NCBI GenBank assembly: GCA_943704425.1
Contig: CALSCP010001856.1
Coordinates: 7,344 to 71,343 of the forward strand
Length of the DNA stretch: 64,000 nt
Direction of reading: 5' to 3'
Source: Ministeria vibrans ATCC 50519
Taxonomy: Eukaryota; Protista; Filasterea
How positions within the stretch are numbered: position 1 is the first letter of the stretch; each line of letters starts with the position of its first letter. Of this stretch, positions 27,497 to 41,948 are shown piece by piece. The notes under the pieces were generated by a model that did not search any database, had not been told where the DNA came from, and saw only the letters and a list, made by a program, of their open reading frames with translations. The translations under genes and the position numbers were made by a program.

Positions 27497-28000
27497 GAAT
27501 CAAATGCATCGTCGCAAACGGTTCCCCACTCGCCACAGTACTTGATCTCGAGACGGCCCTGGTTCGTGCATCACTATTAGTGTCGCACGGTCTCCATGAA
27601 GGAAGCCTTTGCACGAGCACACAAGCGCATATACCACCAAGGCAGTGTGCGTACAGTAGCACAAGGCGCATCCCGTGCTCAGATGAGGACGGGAAGTCCC
27701 TTAAACAGCGCAGCAAGGGCCCACGTCTTTTTTTTAAACATTCGTCTTAACGACTCAAATTGACAGTTGACAGCAAAATATAAATGGGAGTACCAAGCGA
27801 CAAGGAGGCGCAGAGAGCCGGGGAAGTTGCAAATGGTTGAAAGGAGAAGGAGGAAAGAGAAGAGCGAGAGCGAAAAAAAAGAAAAAAAAAGAAAAAAAAA
27901 AAAGAAAGAGAGAAGGTACAATCGTACCACACTTGGAGGTGACAGGGGCAGCCGAGGCTATGGCAATAGTGGCCAGAACAAACGTCAGCACAGAGGCCAT
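27497..28000 (-). CDS. Secreted or surface protein with an SRCR (scavenger receptor Cys-rich) domain, truncated by the assembly gap
   Basis: Signal peptide MASVLTFVLATIAIASA from ATG 28000. An exon from 27558 reads GRLEIKYCGEWGTVCDDAFD (SRCR consensus GRVEV..G.WGTVCDD.W) and runs into the N gap. The splicing between these exons was not fully resolved. Confidence 0.7.
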
Positions 28001-28382
28001 TTCTGAATATATAAAATGAATGATTACGACTGATTCTTTTTGAGAATAATGGCAAATTCTCTAACGTACTTCTATACTCAGTAAGGTCTGTCTGTGAGAC
28101 GATGGCCGGTGGACGTGTCACGAATCACGTGTACTTCCTACTCTGAGTAGTCTCTAGCTAGCTAGGTGACCTTTAGATTCTATGAGATTTCTCATGGCAG
28201 TCTTCAGTCTTCGCACACTCAACTGTCTCACCTTGCGCCCCACATATTTTTTTTAAAAGATACTAAATTAAATATTGTATGTTGGTAATGTTGCGCTTGG
28301 AAGCCGCCCGTACTAGTGCCCAACTTGTCAAAAAGAGAAAGATACAATGATTAGTAAAAATTTGTACATTAGTTGAGTTCAT

Positions 28383-29638
28383 TTATTCATCATCGAGATC
28401 GCTCCAGTCGAGTTCGTCGTTGATGGCCTCACTTGCAGCAATCTCCAATGGTTTCGACGTGAGCCAGTCCTCTTCGCGCAGTTTCCGCTCGAGCACCCAC
28501 GTTGGAAAACGCCCGGTGGGATCAACCCAGTCCAAACCAGAAAAGGTTCGTTCTGTCTTTCCCTCTGTCTCACAAAAAAAATATATCAGTGAGAAAAAAA
28601 TAATAACAAAGGATATAAAATTCACTGTGCTTGAATCCTTCCTTGTACCTTTGATGAGCACAATTGAAGGCATCATCCAGATTTTTAGTCTCTCAACGAG
28701 AAAGGGGCTCTTTTCCGCATCGACCACAATAAACTTGGTTTCCCTACGCAGCGCTCAAGTGTCAGGCGCCATTCTAATACACAAGTCTCAAACAGACATC
28801 ATGTAACAACACACACACACACACATACATACATACACACACACACACACAAACCGCACATGTGATGTTCAGCAATTTTGCGAAGGTGTTCGTTGAGCGT
28901 GTCGCAAATAGTGCTGTCTTTGCGTGCAAAGTGCGCCACACACAAACGACTGCGTTTTGCCACGGCAAAGAACTCTTTCTCATCAGAGACCCACGAGAGC
29001 GCGCCGTGTCCGTTGCTTCGCCACTGGTCTTGGTCCGTCTGCTGTTTCTTCAGTTCCTACAACACACCACACACAAACATAAGTTGAGTTCACAGTGTCA
29101 CATATAAAAAAGCAACACATATTCACAACACGCGCCACACACACACACGCGCATACTACAGAGCCGGCGCAACCGCGTGTGTTCGCCATGTTTTCGCTAG
29201 AACGTGTTGTCCGTTGTGCCTGACAACCAGACAAAAAGTGCCTCCCCCCAAGCCCAATGCGAGAAACGCGCGTGTGCGGCCCCATTTCAGTGTGCACATC
29301 ATCAATACGTGGGTCGTTCACGTTGTGTGCAACAAGGAAGAGCACGCCAGTGTGCCAGGGGGAAGCGGAGCGGGTTGAGAAACAGGCAACGTGAAAAACC
29401 GTTGGGAACACACTGGCGTCGCGGGGGTGTTGCGAGGCGCTGCCCACCTTCATTCTGTTGAGACGAATAGACGCAAGATCGTCGTCTTTGAGGTTGTCCA
29501 GCTTCTCCAGCTGCGCGTCCACGGCGGCCTCCATGGTCGCCACAATCTGACAGGCGCAGACGATGTGTGAGTGTGCACTGGTAAATACTGTGTGCCTTGC
29601 TCCCTTACAGTGTGCGCCAGTGCGTCGTTCTGTGCCAT
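28383..29638 (-). CDS. TXNDC9: Thioredoxin domain-containing protein 9 / phosducin-like PhLP3, multi-exon
   Basis: QLEKLDNLKDDDLASIRLNRMK, NGHGALSWVSDEKEFF, ETKFIVVDAEKSPFLVERLKIWMMPSIVL, acidic tail. Confidence 0.9.
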
Positions 29639-29775
29639 AATGAGAATGGGGGAACGAAAGAGTTACAAATAAATTTGAACAAAGTTTATCACATTGAAGA
29701 TGTCAAAATATGTCCAGCTCTGATTCTCTTCTTCTCACAAGTCACAATTCACATTAATTTCGTCTCCCGCCTTTC

Positions 29776-32619
<2,844 letters not shown>

Positions 32620-32804
32620 AATTTATATGACTATGGAAACGAAACAACTTGTTCAATAAAACAAAGAGAATGGCTTTCAATTTTTTTTTAATTTTTACTA
32701 ATCTGATAATAATAATATTATTAATTTATTATTATTATAAGTATTAGTATTATTAATTACGACGAGTAATAATTATTATTTTATTATTATAATTTTTTAT
32801 AACA

Positions 32805-33621
32805 CTACAGTAAATAAGCGTCTTCAGGCGAGTCACCCACCAGCATTTGGAGGTCGACGGAGCGGTATTTTTCGGGGTCTTCGGTGAGGGCGGTCTGCTG
32901 ACTGCGTCTGCGGTTGTGCGCGAGGCGCGCAAAGGGGTTGATGAGGCTTGCGCTGCTACCCCGCCGCTCCTGCTGGTGCAGCTGGTCGATGCGCTCGCTC
33001 GAGAAGGCAACGGCTGCGCTGTCACCCGCTCGTCGACCTGATGCGTCATCCGTCGTGTCATCTGAGATCCACAGTTGCGATGAGGACTCGAGATGGTCGG
33101 CAAACACCGTGCTGGACGGTCGGCGGCCCTTACTCATTCTCGGTGACGATGGGATGACAACTGCCCCACCTGACAGCCTCGTGGGACTGCCTGAGCTCTT
33201 GGCCAGTGGAATCAGTCGGCCGCCACCTGCTGTGGGCCTCGTCGTGTGGCCAGGCGACGAGGTGCGTAGCGACGATGGCGAATGGAGCAGGAGCGATGTG
33301 ACACGCACCAGTGGCGAAGATGGTGGCGAGGAGACGATGCGCGCCGAGCCAAATGCGAGTTCGTCCTCTCCGTCAAAATCAATCATGCTCTCGTTGGCGT
33401 AGTCCACGGTGATGGAGCCGTCCTCGGGCATTTCAAAAGAATTCATAAGGTTGCTCACGTTGTGAAAGTCCGGCCGGTCGTGTAGGTATCCGTAACTGTC
33501 CTCCTCTTCATTGTCATCGCAGGGCAAAACGACAAAGTCACCAAGTCCACTCGAGAGATTTCGCATGAGAATCTCGGGCTCGCCCGCCAGTCGTTGTGCC
33601 GCTGTGCTGCGCTTCGAAGAC

Positions 33622-33688
<67 letters not shown>

Positions 33689-35999
33689 GACGTTGTTGTT
33701 GACGTTGTTGTTGACGTTGTTGTTGATGTTGTTGTTGTCGTTTGATGCTGTCTCTACGAGGCTCGCGACGTCGCCCGCGTGAAGGGGGGGGAGGAGATGC
33801 CATGGGCAGCTGATGTGATTCATCGCGCTGCTCTGCGTCCGTGTGCCACTCGCGATTGTCGCTTCTCTGCTCGTGAACGTCGGTAAAGGCCGAGCTCCAG
33901 AAGGTACCGGATGAGCGAGTTTGCACCGACTGTTGCATTGCTTGCATCATGGCCACGTCGGTGGGATCCATGAGACTCGTCGTGGTCGAAGCAAGGCGCC
34001 GGCGTGCAACATCGGAGACGCATACTGTTGCTCAAGCGGCCGCTGGTACTGTCTGGGACGGCTGCCGCGTGGGTCGGAAACCCTGCCATGTGTCTGCCGT
34101 TGCCTCTTGGCAAGATGGCGTCGACGCGCACACACAATGAGAAGGGAGGCGATCACAAGCACAGCAACGATGCCAACGACCGTCAGAGGCACAGCCAGGG
34201 GCGTCTGTTGGTGGTCTACGACCGCACCCATGGACGGGTCAAAGAGCACGGCAAAGTTTGACAGATGGGTACACGAGCAGATGACAGCTACACCAACGCG
34301 AGATGTCAGTTTGCATCCGTGCGCGCTCCACTTGCTCGCCGAGAAATCCCACGCGACACACTGGAGTTGCGAGGTGCTTGCGCTTGCGTTGAACAGGGTC
34401 AGGGTGAGGTGCACCTGGCTGTCGCCGGGCAATGGACTGGGTAGACTTAGCCGAGAGAAGGTTGCCGTGGCAACGTTGGACACAACCGACTGTGTTGGAG
34501 GCGAGGTCAATTGCGAGAAAAAGACACTGCTTGACATGACGTTGAGCACCAATGGTGTGCACAAGCCATCCAAAAGCGACGGCGATGACTGAGCCTCGAT
34601 ATACTTTGCAAGAGACGCATCTGTCGCAATGCGGGCGTTTCCCTCGGCAACACCATTCACAAGCGCTGTTTGATTCACGCGCCGCGCTGTCGCATGGATG
34701 GCATTGTTGGTCGAGACAAATGCGACGCGTGTGCTGCACGCAGTATTAGTTGTGGAAACAAGGCTTGTAAACGAGAGACGCTCGAGTACCAGAGAAGGTG
34801 GCTCGAGCGCATCTCTAGCGGCGCTTAGAGCAGCGGGAGTGTTCGAGGCCGCGAGCGAGACACTCATGATTTGAACAAGACCATGTGTCGCGGTCGACGA
34901 CCTTTCGCTCAAGTTGGCGGCACGCTCGACAAACCCAAACACGCTTGTGAGTGTCGCCTGCGACAGCACCGCCGAGTCGTTGCCATAGACAACAATGACC
35001 GACACGAGTGCGTCGATGTTGTGCTCGTTCAAAGGGTGAGCTGCTGCCACTGCAACCACAGCGTTGGAGGGCGCGGCCGCCACTGTTCCAACCAGTGTCT
35101 GTACCACCTGATTGTCTGAGGCGACTTGCTCGCAGCGTTCGCCATTGTAGCCAAGTTGACAGAAGCAGGTGTTGTCCACGCAACTGGCGCCATGGAGACA
35201 CGGACTTGAGGCACAGTGGTCCTGCACAAGCGAAGTCTCGCACACCGAACCCGTATAGCCGGTCAGGCACATACATTCGAACAGGTTTGCCATTGCCCCT
35301 TCGCTGCAGACTCCGCCATTGTTGCACGGCGACGACACACACTCGTCAATATCCATGGAGCACGTCGCACCAGTGAATCCAGGACGGCATGCACATTCAA
35401 ACAAGTCTGACGTCGCCCCTTCGCTGCAGACTCCGCCATTGTTGCACGGCGACGACACACACTCATCTACGTCGACTTCACAGAGTGTCCCAGTAAATCC
35501 TGAAGCACACACACACTGAAACGAGCCGGCGATGGCCCCGGCTACGCAGCTGGCGCTGTTGGCACACGGTGAAGATTGACACGTCAACTCGGCGTCAATT
35601 CCTGCCAAAAAAGAAAAATAGTGGAGAGTCACAAATGAGAAGATTCGCCTCGACACGCTAGTCTACAGTCGTCAACCAGTGACACTTGCAAACCACATAC
35701 AGTTGTAACTATTCATATAATTTGAGACACAATAAAAAAAGAACGTCGTGAGCCAAATATCGCATAAAATTCCTTCCTCATTCCTTCCGGGACGCTCAAC
35801 ATGTCGTCGCCATGCCCCTTCTCTTTCTCCCACGACTTAAATAGTAGTGTCTGTCCGTATGCAATACACTACCCGCTCGCACGACGCAATGCTTCAATTC
35901 AGAGAACCCGGTATCTGACGTCACGATGAAGTCACGTTGATTACCTCGTAAGAGTGCAACTGAAAAAAGAATGAAAAGAACGGTTGTTCCTGCAATCAT
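32805..35999 (-). CDS. Single-pass receptor: signal peptide, 4 EGF repeats, GAIN/GPS, one TM, long S/T/Q-rich tail (tail ORF 32805-33971 is joined by a frameshift or cryptic intron)
   Basis: Signal exon 35999-35945 (MIAGTTVLFILFSVALLRG) splices in phase to 35601. GPS reads CVAWDFSASKWSAHGC...CSCTHLSNFAVLFD, followed by a single TM (LTVVGIVAVLVIASLLIVCA) and RRRH. Confidence 0.75.
35282..35470. repeat. Recent 120-bp tandem duplication encoding two near-identical Ca-binding EGF repeats
   Basis: tcgctgcagactccgccattgttgcacggcgacgacacacactc is identical at 35301 and 35421 (DECVSSPCNNGGVCSEGA twice). Confidence 0.9.
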
Positions 36000-36373
36000 G
36001 CTATACACAGTGACACACACTTGTGTCCCAAGACGAAAGGCTTCTGATCACAGCGCTGGCAAACAAAAAAAGAGTGAGAGTGAAAGAAGATTTGCGGTTT
36101 GCCTACTAAAACGTTTTTAACAAAGTCGCACATAAAATCCAGTCATATATTGTCAGTGGAGACTGGAGAGTGAGTGAAGTGACTCTGATTTCTGAACTGA
36201 TTTAATATGATTTTGTACAATATTTATTGTATTGATTTTACACTTTACTCAGAAATAATACATTGAAGCGTTAAACAATGCTTCCGCCATAGGTTGAGCG
36301 CAAAAGAATAAATGGAAAGATGGAGCACCCATAGACGCCCACAAGTACAAATAATGACAGTAACAAATAATAC

Positions 36374-39300
36374 CTAAATTTGGACACAATCAAGAGCATC
36401 GCTTGCCTCCTGAAAACTCGGTCGGTCACTCGCAACCTGTTTCCAACACCGTTCAATAAGGTTCGCCAGATCAGCAGGTGCTTCGTGGGGAATCAAAGGT
36501 CGTTCGCCAAGCTCCACAGCTTCATTTACTTGCCACACAGGCAAGGCCGAAAACGGAAACTCGCGCGCACAAATCTCCCACATTACAATGGCAAAGGAAA
36601 ACACATCGGCCGCAAGACCAACCTGTCCACCCACAGTCAGCGCCTCGGGCGCACACCAACCAGGTGTACCTCGTCGTGACGTCACCTCTCGCGACGACGC
36701 CGACACCTTCCCACCATGTTGTCCCTTGCCGGGCACACCAGTCTCAAATCCACGCAGTGCCGAGATTGCTCGCGACTCGCCAAAGTCTGCAATCTTCAAT
36801 AAAAGAAGGGACCCGACAGTTCAATAATTACCTTTTATGCACAAACAATTTATGTTTTTTGATACCTTTGCAATCCAACGGTTGTTCAAAAGCACATTGA
36901 GACTCTTGAGGTCGCGGTGGAGCACAGGCGGATCGCGTTGATGCAAAAACTGCATGCCACGCGCCACATCACTCGCAATGCCCACACGCACATCCCACGC
37001 CAGCTCGTCCGGTCCATGCAATAGCTTGTCCAGACTCCCTCGCTCCATGTACTCCAACACAAGGAAGGGACATCGCGCCTGCTCCAGTCGTCCCGCCCCA
37101 AAAAACAACACAATGTTGCGGTGTCGGATTCCCTTCAGAAATTCAACCTCCCGATTGAAATCTCGAATCATTTCGTCGTCCGTCTCTGCCACTTCCATCC
37201 GCAGCTTCTTCACTGCCACTACACGTCCCAGCCACTCCCCTATCCACACCTAAAAAAAACAAAAAAAAACACAATGATTATAATTACTCTTGCTAAAAAA
37301 AATTTATTTATATCATGTCCAACAATAGAACGACTCTCTCTCTATCACTTTGTTTCTTTTTCCCTCCTCTCTATCAGTTTGTTTCTTTTTCCCTCCTCTC
37401 TATCGCTTTGTTTCTTTTTCCCTCCTCTCTATCACTTTGTTTCTTTTTCCCTCCTCTCTATCACTTTGTTTCTTTTTCCCTCCGCTCTATCACTTTGTTT
37501 CTTTTTCCCTCCTCTCTATCACTTTGTTTCTTTCTCCCTCCCCTCTATCAATTTGTTTCTTTCTCCCTCCCCTCTATCAATTTGTTTCTTTCTCCCTCCT
37601 CTCTCTCTCTCTCTCTCGAATACTTTCTTTTCTTTATCTTTATAGCTTCCTTACCTCGCCTGAAGCACCGGCAGCCAACTTACGCTCAAAGTGCACGTCA
37701 CGCTCGGCAACCTGCCAAATTTGATTGACATCGTTCAGAAGGCGCTCGTAGATGCCGCGAGTCTGGGCGACGGCTCGTCGTCGTCGTCGTCCCGCAACAA
37801 GCCACACGGCCAGGATGGCAATGAGCACGGCGACTGTGGCGGACACACCCGCCACCACAGGCGTGTTGTTGGCCGCACGAATGCATCCGGCTACGCCACT
37901 GGCAGTGCATCCACGTGTGCAAGTGGAGTCGCACGGCTCACACGAGCCCGCCGGTGAGGTGAAGGTGTCAACAGGACACGTGTGAACGCAGGAAGGAACG
38001 TTGGAGATGGCAAGCTGAGCAGCCGTCTGGGGCTGCAAGTTCAACAATCCACCGGCGCACTCACACGTCAAGTTGTAGGTGTAGCTGAGGCCGCCTGCGC
38101 CAAACTCAATCGGCGCATGGGCCACACAGGCGCCTTGACTGCAGATACTGGGCATACACTGATAGGCATAGGCACAGCGAGGACCATGAAAGCCCGGCGG
38201 GCAGCAGTCACGCGGTGACGGTGACGAGCACCCACCAATGCCGCCCGGAGTGCACAACGTCGAGCAGACACCGTCGCAAAGCGGATAGGTACCGGCAATG
38301 TTGGGCGGACATGCCGGTCCCAAAAAGCCCGTGTTGTTCAGGATGTTCAGTAAACCCCAGGCACGCGTGAAGGGCAGCGTGTCCGTGACAATGGCCGACA
38401 ACTCATTGTCGCACAGGTCCAGACCACCGAGAGGTGGCACAATAAAGCTGCCTTTCAAATCGTTGTGACCCACGTTGAAGGTGAGCAGACGCAGACGCGT
38501 CTCCGAGTAGAACGAGAAGAGGTACAACAGCGTGTCGGTGGTAAGGTCGTTGCTCTCCAAGTCAATAAAGGTGAGGTTTGCAAGCGGCACCAACGTGGCC
38601 GGGTCCAACGTGCGAATGTGGTTGTCGTTCAAAAAGAGCATTTGAAGCGAGACGGGGAGACCGGTGGGGACCGAGAGAAGAACGTTCGACTGAAGCGAGA
38701 GGGTGTACAGCGAGTCCCAATTGGCAAAGACATCATCCGCACGCGTTAGATCGTTGCCCGCCAGACTAAACGTGCGCAGATGCGACAGAGCGTCAAGCCA
38801 ACAGCTGTCTACCGATGCAAGTTGGTTGTCCATAAGGTAGAGCGAATTGAGACGCACAGTGTCAAAGAGACCACATGGAATCGACACAATTGAATTGTTT
38901 GAGGCGTTCAGGTGGTGCAACGACACGGTCGCGTCAAAAGAGCCCGCAGGCAACGACACGATGCCGTTGGAGGTGATCGACAGAGACACAAGCGAACGAA
39001 GCGAGCCAAGTGCAGCGACGGGGTAGTCGGTGAGAAGACACGAGTCAAGAAGCAACGTTTGAAGTGTGTGCACCGCCGAGAAGAGCGTTGCTGGCAGCTC
39101 CGTGATGGGGTTGTTCTGAAGGTGGAGTGTACGCAGGAGGGTGAGCGACGCAAAGGTATCGCTGGGCACACTGGTAAGCCGGTTGTTGGAGAGGCTGAGT
39201 GTGCTCAGTCGCGACATGCTCTGGATGGCCTGAGGGACGGTATCCAAATAGTTGTCGTCAAGATACAGCTGCGAGATGGTGCCCGTGATCACAACAATTG

Positions 39301-41698
39301 GCGGCAGCCGCGTGACGTAGGCACGTCGTGCCGAAAGAGTACGCAGCGCGCTGAGCTGCGCCACCGGCTGTGGCAAGCCGTCTACCAGCAAATTGCCGTC
39401 GAGGATAAGCTCTTGCAATGAGTAGGCGCCCACGGAAAAGACGGCGTCGGGCAAGTAAATGAGGTGGTTGTCGGTCAGGTTCAAAGAGAGGAGCGTGGGC
39501 ATGCTGTAAAAGGCATTCTCGGGAACGGCTGTCATGCCCACGTTGGCAATACTGAGTTCAACAAGACTGGAGACGCGCGATACGGCCAGAGGAACCGTGC
39601 CCAAAGGATTTCCATCGAGGATAAGAGTCGCGAGCGTGTTGGTGGCGTTGAAGAGATCATCGGGGAGCAAAGAGAGACCGCAGTTCGCAAGTGAGAGCGT
39701 CACAAGATGTACCATCGAGGCAAACGCGTCCGCCGGCAACGTCGTAATGGCCGTGTTGTCGAGGCGCAATTCGTTGAGGTTGTTAAGAAAGTACTGCGAA
39801 TGCGAGGCGCGCTGGAGCGCGGCTGGATAAGCTCCCAAAGGATTATTGGACAAGTCGATGGTGCTGACAAAGTGAAGAGCGTCAAACGAATTGGGAGCGA
39901 TTGATTGGGCGGTCAGCTCATTGTCAGCGAGCAGCACAGTGTTGCCGAGAACCTGCACGCACGCAAGCGCGCCACTCGGGAGTGCCGTAAGACCCGTTGC
40001 AGTAAGATCCAGAATGGCAACAAGGTTAGTGAGCAGAGTGAGCGCCGATGGAACGCTGCCCAGAGGATTGTGGTCCAGTTTGAGGTGGTGGATGCCTGGG
40101 GTCATGTTGAATACACCATGTGCAATGGAGGATGCGGTGAGACGATTGTATGACAGGTCGAGCAGGGTCCCTCCAGCGGCGGGAAGTGACGCAAGAGCAC
40201 CCCAAGGAAGCTCGGTGAGACCCACTGCCGAGAGAGTGAGCGTCACAATGGACTTGAGACCCCGACTGTTCGGGGTGAGGGCCACGGGCCACTTGGCGCC
40301 CAGCGGGTTGCGCGACAGGCCAAGCACTTCAAGGTTGGTTGTGCTGTTGAACACGAGTGCCGGAAGGTTCGACAGCTGATTCTGTTCAAGAATAAGTGAT
40401 GCAAGACGTGGCATCTGTCGAAAGGCGTGCTCGGGAAGACTGCGTAGGGAGCAGGCGCGCATCTCCAGCGTCTCCAGCGTTGGCAGAGGGTACTTCAGGA
40501 GAGCGCCAGGGAACTCGTCGAGCAACGGATTGTCGTTGAGCTGCAGCTTCGACAGAGAGGTGGCGCCGGCAAAGACATTGACATCAATAGACTGACTTGT
40601 GAGTAAATTGCCATCGAGAAGGAGCCAGTCAATAACGCCGGCACTGGCGCCAAGCGCGTTTGCCGGGAGCACTTTAAGGTTGGCGTACGAAAGGTCGACG
40701 ATGCCCAGACCCCCGAGTGACAACAGGGCTGCGGGCCAGGCGTCCAGCGGATTGTTTGCAAGCGAAATGTCGCTGAGAACGGGTGTTGGTTGGAATACTG
40801 CCGCATCCAGAGAGTTGGTGTTCAGCTGGTTGTCGGACAAGTCTAGCTTGCTCATGGAAGGCATGCCGCTGAAGGAAGTCGCAGGCAGCGAAGAAATAAG
40901 GGTATCTGCAAGCGCCAGCGTCTGAAGGTTGGGCAATGGAGCAGCCACAATAGCGGTGGGCAGATTGCCAAGAGGGTTCCCCGTAAAATTGAGTGACTGC
41001 AGAGCAGGAAGTGAGTGAAAGGCGCGCGGGGCAATCGTCGCATTAGAGAGAGCATTGAAGGCCAGCGAGAGCACATTCAGACTGGGCATGCTTGCAAAGT
41101 CGTCGTCTGACACGGAGCGCAAGCCCACGCCGTTGAGACTGAGCACTGCGAGGTTGGTGAGGCCGGGCGTGTCGAGAAGGCCGTTGGGTATTCTGATGAA
41201 CGTGTTTCCGTCCAGTGTGAGTTGCTCCAGACTCGTTGCGTTGGCAAAGACACCCGCTTGCAGCGTGGCATACGTAAGCAAGTTGTGCTGGACGGAGAGC
41301 AAGGTCAGACGCGGCATGCGGAGGAGAGAGTTGGCGTAGAGCCCTTGCAGTCCGGTGTTGTCGAGCGACAGACGAACGAGGCTCGGAAGCGCACCCACCG
41401 CAAGCGCCCGGGGGTACAGGCTCAAGGGGTTGTTCGACATGTCTAATTCGACCAAATGCAGCATGCCGGCGAAGGCATCGAGCGGAATGGCGTTGGTTGT
41501 CAGCGCATTGTCGCTCAAATCCACACTCGTTGCGTTGTGCGGCAGCCGTGGCAGTGCAGTCAAGCCCTGGCCGCTGCAGTTGACCGAATAGATCGAAGGT
41601 TGCTGAAAACACACGCATACTAAGCACGCGTCCGTTTCGCCGCCCACGGGGTGCGTCGCAAGGCTCAGCGTTAGTGCGATAAACACAACAGCGAACAT
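36374..41698 (-). CDS. LRR receptor kinase: signal peptide, roughly 40 LRRs, Cys-rich (EGF/furin-like) region, TM, TKL-type Ser/Thr kinase; 3 exons
   Basis: LRRNT (CLVCVC...VNCSGQGLTALP), LxxLxLxxNxL repeats, TM VVAGVSATVAVLIAILAVWLVA followed by RRRRR. Kinase motifs AAGASGEV, VAVKKL, HRDLKSLN, DFG, GTPGWCAPE, DVFSFAIVMWE. Confidence 0.92.
37340..37612. repeat. Tandem array of about 9 x 29 bp, CTATCACTTTGTTTCTTTTTCCCTCCTCT (same core, reverse orientation; LRR-kinase intron)
   Basis: Read directly. Confidence 0.95.
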
Positions 41699-41948
41699 GT
41701 AACAAAATAATAATAATAATTATTATAATAATAATGATTATTAATTTTTTTAATTTATTCAATTATTCTAGAGTTTCGGTTGAGTTTGCAAGGTGGTCTG
41801 GCTGTGTCTTCGCGTGGTGACTGTACCATTAAAAATAAATGGGTTGTATTCTTTTTCTTCTTCTCAATTATTGCTGTTGTAGAATAGTATTGGCTGTTAT
41901 AATGTTTATTGTTGTACAATCTCAAAAGATGCATGTCTCTCATGATCA

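Noticed and set aside
36374-37249. Receptor tyrosine kinase call
   Set aside because: The catalytic loop HRDLKSLN and GTPGW activation segment are Ser/Thr TKL-type.
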